From: Candidatus Spongiisociaceae bacterium
GTDB lineage: Bacteria; Actinomycetota; Acidimicrobiia; Spongiisociales; Spongiisociaceae
Direction of reading: 5' to 3'
NCBI GenBank assembly: GCA_965219685.1
Contig: CBDCOH010000002.1
Span: forward strand, 736,001-800,000
DNA: 64,000 nt
Part shown: piece by piece, positions 55,408 through 64,000 of the stretch
Numbering within the stretch: position 1 is the stretch's first letter
Layout of the letters: the number at the start of each line of letters is the position of its first letter
The notes under the pieces: generated by a model
Told to the model about the DNA's origin: nothing
Seen by the model: the letters and a program-made list of their open reading frames with translations, nothing else
The model's database searches: none
Program-made: the position numbers and the translations under genes

Positions 55408-57951
55408 ATGACCAAGACGACATCCACCCGTGGGACCACGGGGCGGAGGCGGGTGTCTCAGGTACATGCAAGGAAGGCGACAGCCACGCGACCAGGTTCG
55501 CGTTCGGCAGGTCAGCGGCGGGCAAGGGCAGGTAGCTCCGGGCCGCGCCGCTCGCCCGACCCCAAACGAAGTTCCAGGGCCGGACGGTCCGGGAAGGCAT
55601 CGCGCGCCGGGGGCTCGGCACGTTCCGCACAGAGGTCGACCGGAAGGCAGGCCGAACCGGGCCGTGGACGCCCGCTGCCGGCGACCCTTTACCAGTGGGT
55701 GCGGTTCGGGCTGGGACGCCAGCCTCACGACGTGGTCGGCCTATGCATGGCGCTGGTCGGGGCTTTGATCACTCTGGCATTCTTCGGCGCGGCAGGTCCA
55801 CTGGGGGAGTGGGCGGTCGAAGGGCTTCGCTTCGTGGTAGGAGTATGGGTCTACGTGACTCCCGTGTTCCTGGTGGCACTCGGCGGTTACCTCGTTGTGG
55901 GCAGGCACCAGAACGGGTTCCGGCGGATTCTGGTTGGGGTGCTTTTCTGGTTTGTGGGGAGCCTGGCCCTCTTCCATCTCCTCACCGGCAGTGTTTCCCT
56001 GGCCGGGAACATCGACGGGGTCAAACAGTCGGGTGGGGTGCTGGGATCGCTTGTCGCGTATCCCCTCAACCGGTTGCTTGGATTCGCGGGTGCCTTCCTG
56101 GTGATATGCGTCCTGCTCGCTGCCGGCGTGATGCTGGTCGTGCGGGCGACCGTGCGGGAGGTAGTGGTCGCAGCAGCGGAGTCGCTCGCTCTCGCGGGCC
56201 GGGTCGTCAGGGCCAGGCTGACCACCCGCCCGGTCGGGCGCCGGCGTCCTTCCTCCGGCGGAGAGAAGGCTCCTGCGCCGAGGGTACAACCCCGTCCGGC
56301 CCCTTCCCACAAGGCTCCCCAACGGCCTCCTCCTCGTTCGTCCCCACCGCAGGAGTCCGTCGATCCTTCGCCGCAGGACGACAGGCCCCGCTCGTCCGGC
56401 AACAGGCGGAAGGCTCGACCCTCCCCGCCCCCCGCCGCCGAGAACAGCGTCCCCCACCTACGAGTCGTTCCGACCTCGGAACCCACCCCTCGAGCGTCGG
56501 GAACGAGCGACTACCAGCTTCCTCCCATCGACTTGCTCAAGACGGGTGGGCGGGAAGGCCAGAGCCGTCGCATGCTCGAGGAAACCGCTCGGCAACTCGA
56601 GGAGACCCTCCACCACCACGATGTGAACGCCCGACTCACCAATATCGTTCCCGGCCCTACCGTCACCCGCTACGAGATCGAGCTGGCCCCAGGAGTGAAG
56701 GTGGCGCGGGTCACCAACCTGGCGGGCGACATCGCCTACGCGCTCGCAACTCCCGACGTGCGGCTGCTGGCGCCGATCCCCGGAAGGTCCGCGATCGGGG
56801 TCGAGGTCCCTAACCGTGTCCGGCGCCTCGTCACGCTCGGTGACGTGCTCTCCTCCGACGAGGCCTCCCGGCTGTCGCATCCGCTGGTCGTCGGCCTGGG
56901 CGAGGACATATCGGGTCAGCCCGTGCTCCTGAACCTGGCGGAACTGCCCCACGTGTTGATCGCCGGGGCGACCGGGGCCGGCAAGTCGTCGTGTATCAAC
57001 TCGATCGTCACGTCCTTGCTGGCGCGCACCGAGCCGGATGACGTCCGGTTGATAATGGTCGACCCCAAACGGGTCGAGTTGGGCCAGTACAACGGGGTAC
57101 CCCACCTTCTCACCCGAGTAATCACCAAGCCGAAGAAGGCAGTGGACGCTCTCCAATGGGCGGTGGCGGAGATGGACCGCCGCTACGACCTGCTCGCCGA
57201 GGCGGGCGTCCGTGACATATCGGGCTACCGCGCCGCGTTCGACTCCGGCCGGCTCGGCGACGGTTCCTTTGACCGGTTCCCGTACCTGATCGTCCTCATC
57301 GACGAGTTGAACGACCTGATGATGGTGGCCGGAAGGGACGTGGAGAGCGCCGTCGTGAGGATCGCCCAGATGGCTCGGGCCGTTGGCATCCACCTGGTCA
57401 TCGCCACCCAGCGTCCGTCGGTCAACGTCATCACCGGCGTCATCAAAGCCAATGTTCCCAGCCGGCTGGCGTTCTCGGTGGCTTCCCAGACCGACTCGCG
57501 GGTCATCATCGACACCGTGGGTGCAGAGAAGCTGGTGGGCATGGGAGACATGCTGGTGGTGACTGCCCGGGAGCCGCGCGCCAAACGCGTCCAGGGTGCG
57601 TGGGTGAGCGAGGCCGAGATCGCTGCGGTGGTGGAGTGGGTCAAGGACCAGAAGGCGGCCGATTACCGACGGATCGCTGAGGAAGTGGCTGTGGAGCGCC
57701 GGGCCGCTGCCGAGGCCGACGTCGGGGAGGACGCCGATCTGGTCCGCAGGGCTACGGATTTGGTGGTCCGGTCGCAGTTGGGTTCCACCTCGATGCTGCA
57801 GAGGAAGCTACGGATCGGCTTCGCCCGGGCGGGCCGTATCATGGACATTCTCGAACAGAAGGGGATCGTCGGTCCGTCCGAAGGCTCCAAGGCCCGCGAG
57901 GTGCTCATGACCGTCGACGAGTTGGAGAGCCCGGTCGGCGCTCCGGTCTGA
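55408..57951 (+). CDS. ftsK: DNA translocase FtsK
   Basis: N-terminal TMs, GPTVTRYE, GATGAGKS, DPKRVEL, ATQRPS, gamma domain LQRKLRIGFARAGR. Confidence 0.97.
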   Translation: MTKTTSTRGTTGRRRVSQVHARKATATRPGSRSAGQRRARAGSSGPRRSPDPKRSSRAGRSGKASRAGGSARSAQRSTGRQAEPGRGRPLPATLYQWVRFGLGRQPHDVVGLCMALVGALITLAFFGAAGPLGEWAVEGLRFVVGVWVYVTPVFLVALGGYLVVGRHQNGFRRILVGVLFWFVGSLALFHLLTGSVSLAGNIDGVKQSGGVLGSLVAYPLNRLLGFAGAFLVICVLLAAGVMLVVRATVREVVVAAAESLALAGRVVRARLTTRPVGRRRPSSGGEKAPAPRVQPRPAPSHKAPQRPPPRSSPPQESVDPSPQDDRPRSSGNRRKARPSPPPAAENSVPHLRVVPTSEPTPRASGTSDYQLPPIDLLKTGGREGQSRRMLEETARQLEETLHHHDVNARLTNIVPGPTVTRYEIELAPGVKVARVTNLAGDIAYALATPDVRLLAPIPGRSAIGVEVPNRVRRLVTLGDVLSSDEASRLSHPLVVGLGEDISGQPVLLNLAELPHVLIAGATGAGKSSCINSIVTSLLARTEPDDVRLIMVDPKRVELGQYNGVPHLLTRVITKPKKAVDALQWAVAEMDRRYDLLAEAGVRDISGYRAAFDSGRLGDGSFDRFPYLIVLIDELNDLMMVAGRDVESAVVRIAQMARAVGIHLVIATQRPSVNVITGVIKANVPSRLAFSVASQTDSRVIIDTVGAEKLVGMGDMLVVTAREPRAKRVQGAWVSEAEIAAVVEWVKDQKAADYRRIAEEVAVERRAAAEADVGEDADLVRRATDLVVRSQLGSTSMLQRKLRIGFARAGRIMDILEQKGIVGPSEGSKAREVLMTVDELESPVGAPV

Positions 57952-57987
57952 CGGTACCCAACCTCCAACGGCGTAGCATGGAGTCCG

Positions 57988-59169
57988 ATGGCTTACGTAT
58001 TCGAACTGCCGGACATAGGCGAGGGCCTCACCGAGGCGGACATCATTCGTTGGCACGTTCCGGTGGGTGACAGTGTCGCGATGGACCAGATCCTGGTAGA
58101 GGTCGAGACCGCCAAGGCGGTGGTGGAGATCCCGTCGCCGGCCGCCGGGACGCTGCTACATCACGGCGCCGGCGAAGGTACGACGCTCACGGTCGGAGCG
58201 GTCCTAGCCGTCATCGGCGATGCAGACGAGTCTTGGCGGGGCCACGACCTCGGTACGGATCTCTCAGGTTCCGGCCAAGCGGGCGGAACCGCGGATCCGG
58301 GAGCCCAGAAGCGGGGGCGGCGTCGTTCGGCCGGGGGAGACCGCCCGCAGGCGTTGCCGGTGGTCCGGAGGCTGGCGCGCGAGCACGGCGTCGACTTGGG
58401 ATCCATCGCCGGGTCAGGTCCGGGAGGACGGATCACCAGGGACGATGTCATGGCGGCGGCAAGCCCGGAGCCTCCGCGTGAAACTGTAGGTGGCGAGCGG
58501 GTGCGGCTCTCGATGCTCCGCCGCACCATCGCAGAGCACATGAGTTCCTCCTGGCGGGAGATCCCTCACGTGACCATCTTCCAGGATGTCGACGCCACGC
58601 GTCTGCTGACCGCGCGCCGCGCACTCGCGGGGCGGCACGAGCGGCAGATACCGATGGAGGCCCTCGTCGTCAAGGCGCTCACGCCCGTGCTGGGTCGCTT
58701 CAGGGAGTTCAACGCCACCCTCGACGGTGACGAACTGATCCTCCACAGTTCCCTGGATGTCGGGATTGCGGTCGACACGGCCGACGGGTTGCTAGTGCCC
58801 ACAATCCCGAACGCCGGGGAGATGGGCTTACTGTTGCTGGCGGAGGCTATATCGGATCTGGGGACCCGAGGCAAGGCCCGGACCCTCGCAGCCCACGAAC
58901 TGACCGGTGCCACTTTCACTGTCTCCAACTTCGGGGCTCTGGGAGGGGGTAGGGGAACACCGATCATTCCGTTGGGGACCACCGCCATCCTCGCAGTGGG
59001 ACGAGCCGAGGACACCCCGGTGGTGAGGAACGGCAGCGTGTCGATCGCGCCGATGATGCCGCTGTCGCTCGCATTCGATCACCGTGTGATAGACGGCGGC
59101 GCTGGTCAGCGTTTCGTCGCCATGCTGGTGGAGAACCTCGAGGAGCCGGCTCTGTTCCTGGCCGATTGA
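57988..59169 (+). CDS. Dihydrolipoamide acyltransferase (E2 of a 2-oxo-acid dehydrogenase)
   Basis: LPDIGEG, lipoyl motif ETAKA, GSGPGGRI, DHRVIDG. Confidence 0.93.
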   Translation: MAYVFELPDIGEGLTEADIIRWHVPVGDSVAMDQILVEVETAKAVVEIPSPAAGTLLHHGAGEGTTLTVGAVLAVIGDADESWRGHDLGTDLSGSGQAGGTADPGAQKRGRRRSAGGDRPQALPVVRRLAREHGVDLGSIAGSGPGGRITRDDVMAAASPEPPRETVGGERVRLSMLRRTIAEHMSSSWREIPHVTIFQDVDATRLLTARRALAGRHERQIPMEALVVKALTPVLGRFREFNATLDGDELILHSSLDVGIAVDTADGLLVPTIPNAGEMGLLLLAEAISDLGTRGKARTLAAHELTGATFTVSNFGALGGGRGTPIIPLGTTAILAVGRAEDTPVVRNGSVSIAPMMPLSLAFDHRVIDGGAGQRFVAMLVENLEEPALFLAD

Positions 59170-59195
59170 TGGTGAATGGTGAATGGTGAATGGTG
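59170..59195 (+). repeat. Heptamer array (TGGTGAA)x3.7
   Basis: Starts at the first base after the E2 TGA stop. Confidence 0.92.
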
Positions 59196-59239
59196 TTATT
59201 GTCTACTAAGCTTATATTAGACTACTGACCAGTCCAGAA

Positions 59240-59758
59240 CTATCCATCCAGTTTCTTTTCGTACGTCACGGAGGTCCGCAGCCGGTCCTCGGGTATGTCG
59301 TAGTAGGTGCGCAGCACGGCCACCGGGTCCTCGGAGAGTGAATAACCGGCCTTCCCCAGGTTGCCCCTCGCCTTGTAGTTGGCGCTGTACGTTCCCGCTA
59401 TCAGGAGCGAACCTGGCGGGAGCCTCGCCTCCACGTGTTCCAGAAGCCGGGAACCGACTCCCTGCCGCTGGCAGCGGGGCAGGATGTAGGCATGGCGCAG
59501 GAGCACCACGTCCCCGATCGGCTCGCTACCCATCACGCCAACCAGTTCACCCTCCGCGAAGGCTCCCCACCATGTCATCCTTTGCGCCTCGGCTTCCCAA
59601 CCCGCCTCGTCCATCTCCGGGGAGTGCAACTCACCGTGAGGTATGAACTCCCGGTACCAATCCGCGGCGGCGTTGACAACCTCCACTGCTCGGACCCGAT
59701 CGGCCGAGGTCAACTCGCGGATGTCGATTCTCTCGATCACCGCCTCCCTCACCGGCAT
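59240..59758 (-). CDS. GNAT-family N-acetyltransferase
   Basis: YILPRCQRQGVGSRLL motif. Confidence 0.85.
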   Translation of the reverse strand: MPVREAVIERIDIRELTSADRVRAVEVVNAAADWYREFIPHGELHSPEMDEAGWEAEAQRMTWWGAFAEGELVGVMGSEPIGDVVLLRHAYILPRCQRQGVGSRLLEHVEARLPPGSLLIAGTYSANYKARGNLGKAGYSLSEDPVAVLRTYYDIPEDRLRTSVTYEKKLDG

Positions 59759-59973
59759 ACAGCAGGATAGTGCGGCATCGGTTCGATGCGCGGAACACCC
59801 CATGGGCATGGGTCCGGACGGAGGCCCGCATTCGGGGTGTGTTGCGCGGCGGGCAGGGTGATGTCCGACCTCACCAAGGTCCGACCGTTGCCCGGATGCC
59901 GCGTCTTGGCACCCCCGCCGCCTACTATCGTGACGAAGGAGTACCGGAGGGATGCTGGGAGGCGGAGCTCAGA

Positions 59974-61032
59974 ATGGCCGGAATCGTGCATATCGTGGGA
60001 ACGGGAACCATCGGTGAACCCCTGATCGGCCTCATGGCTGACAACCGGGACGCATTCGGGATCGACGAGGTCACGTTCCATAAGCGTACCCCCCTGCTGC
60101 AGGAGCGGGGCAAGGTGAACGACTTGGTCCGCCGGGGCGGGCATCTCTCGGTCGACGCCGACCGGTGGACCGGGTTCGAGGAGTTGGGTCACGCCCCCAA
60201 GCTGGAGGCTTGGGAGGCGATACAACGCGCAACAGTGGTGATCGACTGCACCCCCGCCGGGAACGAGAACAAGGAGAAGTTCTACCGCCATGCCTCCCAG
60301 GTGACCGGGTTCTTGGCTCAGGGTTCGGAGTTCGGCTTCGGAAAGATGTACGCGCGGGGGATCAACGACGCAGCGCTGGTCCCGGACGAGGACCGCTATC
60401 TCCACATAGTGTCGTGCAACACCCACAACATTGCCGTGCTTCTCAAGACGCTCGGGTTCGACTCCGACGGGACCAACCACATCGTCGAGGCGAAGTTCCT
60501 CTGCATCAGGCGGGCCAACGACATCAGCCAGGCGAAGAAGTTCATTCCCGCCCCCGAGGTCGGGACCCACCCGAAGGGACGCTTCGGGACCCACCATGCC
60601 AAGGATGCCCACCACCTGTTCCAGACGTTGGGCCATGAACTCGACCTGTTCTCTTCCGCTCTCAAAGTGAACAGCCAGTACATGCACGCTCTGCACTTCG
60701 AGATCGTCCTCGACCGCGAGATAACGGTCGAGGAAGCACAGAGCCGTCTGGAGGCCAATCCGCGCGTGGCCATCACCTACAAGAGGTCCGCCGGACAGAT
60801 CTTCTCGTTCGGCCGGGACCACGGCTACTACGGTCGCATCCTCAGCCAGACGGTCGTGCCGGTCGAGACCATGGTGGTGCGAGGAGGTAACCGGATCATC
60901 GGTTTCTGCTTCACCCCTCAGGACGGGAACCCGATGCTGTCCACAGTGGCGGCGACCCTCTGGTACCTGCATCCTGGCGGGTTCGAGGAAAGGCTGAATG
61001 TGATGCGGCGCTACTTCTTCGCCGAGGTCTGA
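59974..61032 (+). CDS. Type II (archaeal-like) glyceraldehyde-3-phosphate dehydrogenase-related protein
   Basis: GTGTIG, VIDCTP, AQGSE, VSCNTH, IRRAND, THHAKD, MH, FGRD. Confidence 0.7.
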   Translation: MAGIVHIVGTGTIGEPLIGLMADNRDAFGIDEVTFHKRTPLLQERGKVNDLVRRGGHLSVDADRWTGFEELGHAPKLEAWEAIQRATVVIDCTPAGNENKEKFYRHASQVTGFLAQGSEFGFGKMYARGINDAALVPDEDRYLHIVSCNTHNIAVLLKTLGFDSDGTNHIVEAKFLCIRRANDISQAKKFIPAPEVGTHPKGRFGTHHAKDAHHLFQTLGHELDLFSSALKVNSQYMHALHFEIVLDREITVEEAQSRLEANPRVAITYKRSAGQIFSFGRDHGYYGRILSQTVVPVETMVVRGGNRIIGFCFTPQDGNPMLSTVAATLWYLHPGGFEERLNVMRRYFFAEV

Positions 61033-61142
61033 TCAGCAAGGGAAGCCGTCACGAAACGTACGATCAAGATCCCCAGGTGTCGCATCGCCCTTTCTGTTCG
61101 CGGAATCACGCCTTAGGCGTGAGTAGACGCATCGGGCCGCTC

Positions 61143-62723
61143 ATGGCCGGTCGGGCGCGAGTTGCGCGGTCCCCCGCAGTGGTGTGGCGTCATCCGCTGA
61201 AGGCATTCGTCATAGTGCTGGCCGGGATCGCCGTCGCGGTTGTCCTGGCTTCAGGCGTAGGTGCGGAGGAGAAGGAGGGTCTCGGCGACGTGCCTGGGGA
61301 TGGATCCCACTCCGCGGCGATCGAGATCCTCGACGCTCTGGACATACTGCACGGTACGGGGTGCACCCCGGGCCTGCTCTGTCCGGACGAACCCGTGTGG
61401 CGCTGGGAGATGGCCGTGTGGCTTGTGCGCGCTCTCGACGGTGAGGAACCCTCGGGAGGAAGCGAGTGGGATTTCGTGGACGTGTACGACCGGCTCTGGT
61501 GGGCGCCCCACGTGGACCGGTTGGCAGATCTTGGCGTGACCGTCGGCTGCTCCTCCGAACCCGAGCGCTTCTGTCCGTACGATTCGGTCACGCGTGGCCA
61601 GATGGCAACCTTCCTGGCCAGGGCGTTCGACCTGGATCCTGCCGGTACCGGCGAGTTTGTCGACATCGGGGGCAGCGTGCACGCTCGCAACATCGGTGCT
61701 CTGGCGGCCGCCGACATAACGGCCGGATGTGCTACGCAACCCAGCCGGTACTGCCCGGCCGAGCCCGTGACCCGCGGCCAGATGGCGACCTTCCTGGCTC
61801 GAGCGCTGGGACTGGTGCCCTTGGCCCGGTTCGGCGACGTGGTCGCCGAGCGTGACATCCGTCACCTCGTGTCGAGCTACACGACCTATCACCCATGCTG
61901 CGCGGCGCGGGTGACCAACATTCAGCTGTTCGCCGACAAACTGAACGGTGCCGTCATAGCTCCCTGGGGCCGGTTCAGTCTCAACCGCCACGTCGGCAAG
62001 CGCACCCGCGAGGATGGCTTTGTACCGGCCGGTACCTTGATCGCCGGGGAACTCGTCAACACGGTCGGAGGCGGGGTCAGCCAGATGGCCACCACCTTCT
62101 ACAACGCCGTGTTCTGGGGTGGGTACAGGGATGTCTCCCACAAGCCTCACAGCTTCTACTTCCCGCGCTATCCGGAGGGTATCGAGGCCACCATCAACTG
62201 GCCGGACGTGGACCTGGTGTTCCGCAACGACACCCCGGCGTACGTGTTGATCGCAACGGAGTACACGGACACTTCCGTGACCGTGAAGTTCTTCGGCGAC
62301 AACGACGGGCGGATCGTCGTGGGGGACTGGAATACTGACGAGGGTACCTTGACGGTCGTCTCCGAGGGAGGTCCCCGGGCCCGGGTGGTGAGTGCCGACG
62401 TTTCCGGCCGTTCTCGCTGGACGAGTCCGCCCGCACCCCTGATACGCGGCAATCCGGAACTGGCCGAAGGCGAGGAGAAGCAGGTGCAGTCGGCCAGAAA
62501 GGGCTGGACGGTGCTCGTCACCCGTACCATCGACCAGGGAGGAAGGAGGAATGTCCGGGAGTGGACAGTCCGGTACTCCCCTAGGCGACCGATCGTCGAG
62601 GTACATCCCTGCGTGCTGTCCGGCTCGTGTCCCGGGTCGGACGAGGCCCCCGAGAATACCGGGCCACCGGTTGGGGCAGCGGAGCATAGGATCCCGACGG
62701 GTATCGGTTCCGGCGTCTCTTAG
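61143..62723 (+). CDS. SLH-domain VanW-family protein
   Basis: SLH repeats (VTRGQMATFL), then RVTNIQL, FSLN, GGGVSQMATT, HS, EATI, DLVFRN. Confidence 0.88.
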   Translation: MAGRARVARSPAVVWRHPLKAFVIVLAGIAVAVVLASGVGAEEKEGLGDVPGDGSHSAAIEILDALDILHGTGCTPGLLCPDEPVWRWEMAVWLVRALDGEEPSGGSEWDFVDVYDRLWWAPHVDRLADLGVTVGCSSEPERFCPYDSVTRGQMATFLARAFDLDPAGTGEFVDIGGSVHARNIGALAAADITAGCATQPSRYCPAEPVTRGQMATFLARALGLVPLARFGDVVAERDIRHLVSSYTTYHPCCAARVTNIQLFADKLNGAVIAPWGRFSLNRHVGKRTREDGFVPAGTLIAGELVNTVGGGVSQMATTFYNAVFWGGYRDVSHKPHSFYFPRYPEGIEATINWPDVDLVFRNDTPAYVLIATEYTDTSVTVKFFGDNDGRIVVGDWNTDEGTLTVVSEGGPRARVVSADVSGRSRWTSPPAPLIRGNPELAEGEEKQVQSARKGWTVLVTRTIDQGGRRNVREWTVRYSPRRPIVEVHPCVLSGSCPGSDEAPENTGPPVGAAEHRIPTGIGSGVS

Positions 62724-62732
62724 ACTGATCTC

Positions 62733-64000
62733 GTGAGAACCCGCTCCGCTCCGACTGTCCATATCACGACGCTCGGGTGTTCGAAGAACCAGGTCGACTC
62801 CGAGAAGGTGGCGGCCATGCTGGACGAGGCAGGTTACCGGGAGGCGCGATCGCCCGGTACGGCTGACGTGGTGATGGTGAACACCTGCGCCTTCATAGAG
62901 GCCGCCCGCCAGGAGTCCGTCGAGACGATTCTCGACCTGCGGGAATCCAAGGGGGAGGATGCCGGATTGGTGGTGATGGGCTGCATGGCACAACGCTACG
63001 GCGCCGAACTCGAGGAGGCCCTCGACGATGTCGATGCGGTGGTCGGTCTCGACCGTTACGGCGAGCTCGTCGGGATGCTCGACTCGATTACCCGTTGGAC
63101 CCCGGTGCGTCTCGTGCCGCGCCGACCGGCGATGGACCTCCTCGACATGGTGAGCCGACCCGCTCCTACCTTCCCCTATGCCTACGTAAAGGTCGCCGAG
63201 GGTTGCGACAAGACGTGCGCGTTCTGCGCCATCCCGCTCATCCGAGGCCCCCAGCGGTCAAGGCGGCCGACCGCTATCCGGGAGGAGATGGCCCGCCTCT
63301 GCGGCGCGGGAGTATCCGAGGTGATCCTCGTGGCGCAGGATCTGGCGGCCTACGGCCGGGACATCGGGGCTCCGTCGGATGAGAACATCGTCGATCTCCT
63401 CCGGTTCGTATCCGACGTGGAAGGTCTGGTGAGGGTCCGTCTCCTCTACCTCTACCCGACGGAGATCCGCCCGGCCCTGATCGAGGAGATCGCCTCCAAC
63501 CCGAAGCTGGCTCCCTACTTCGACCTGAGCCTCCAGCACGCGTCCCGGCGGCTCCTCCGCTCGATGCGACGCCCTGGCAGCACCAGCAGCCACCTGCGCC
63601 TGATCGACAGGATACAGGCTGCCGAGCCCGAGGCGGCCCTGCGGTCCTCCTTCATAGTGGGATACCCGGGCGAGACTGACGATGACGTCGAGGAGTTGGC
63701 CCGTTTCCTGGAGGAGGCGGACCTCGACTGGGCCGGCTTCTTCCCGTACTCAGCGGAGGAGGGCACGATGGCCGTGGAGCTTGCGGACCGGATCGCTGCC
63801 GCTGAGGTGGCGGCCCGGGTACGGGAACTGTCCCGGATCCAGGATGGGATCACCGCCCGGCGGAACGCCGAACAGGTCGGAACGATCCATACAGTGCTGG
63901 TCGACCAGGTCGAGGACGGTGTTCCGGTCGGAAGGTCGTATCGCGAGGCTCCCGATATCGACGGCATGATCTGCCTGGACACCGGCTTGCCGGGCGATTG
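62733..64000 (+). CDS. rimO: Ribosomal protein S12 methylthiotransferase RimO (runs off the window end)
   Basis: Translated by hand: TLGCSKNQVDSE, NTCAFI, radical SAM EGCDKTCAFC, YLYP, SYREAPDIDG. Confidence 0.93.
   Translation, partial: MRTRSAPTVHITTLGCSKNQVDSEKVAAMLDEAGYREARSPGTADVVMVNTCAFIEAARQESVETILDLRESKGEDAGLVVMGCMAQRYGAELEEALDDVDAVVGLDRYGELVGMLDSITRWTPVRLVPRRPAMDLLDMVSRPAPTFPYAYVKVAEGCDKTCAFCAIPLIRGPQRSRRPTAIREEMARLCGAGVSEVILVAQDLAAYGRDIGAPSDENIVDLLRFVSDVEGLVRVRLLYLYPTEIRPALIEEIASNPKLAPYFDLSLQHASRRLLRSMRRPGSTSSHLRLIDRIQAAEPEAALRSSFIVGYPGETDDDVEELARFLEEADLDWAGFFPYSAEEGTMAVELADRIAAAEVAARVRELSRIQDGITARRNAEQVGTIHTVLVDQVEDGVPVGRSYREAPDIDGMICLDTGLPGD

Noticed and set aside
61251-62993. 580-aa antisense ORF (and many similar long antisense ORFs)
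   Set aside because: Typical mirror frames of high-GC genes with no recognisable motifs.

Overview
GC-rich actinobacterial chromosome segment. Gene content and order (M16 peptidase-dapB-dapA-rnj-ftsK...rimO, lhr-nei, a mycothiol-dependent isomerase family gene, many leaderless TANNNT promoters, Cys-containing SLH proteins) suggest Acidimicrobiia, possibly marine or host-associated (inference). The left part (1-21 kb) is an amine/amino-acid catabolic region: aldehyde dehydrogenase, three class-III aminotransferases (one fused to a GATase domain), two glutamine-synthetase-like ligases, an IS5-family element and toxin-antitoxin genes. The middle has an SLH/TolB surface protein, the ATP-grasp/alpha-E/transglutaminase triad, Lhr-Nei, two tandem DddP-like M24 enzymes coupled to a rearranged sarcosine-oxidase-like operon, and a CobS/CobT-like AAA+/vWA pair with swapped Walker residues. 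The right end is mostly core genes plus an archaeal-type GAPDH-like gene. The most striking unexplained structure is a family of strictly 7-bp-periodic intergenic arrays (TGGTGAR/CACCAYT and variants) that attach with fixed polarity to stop codons and promoters. All product calls come from motif recognition, not database searches.
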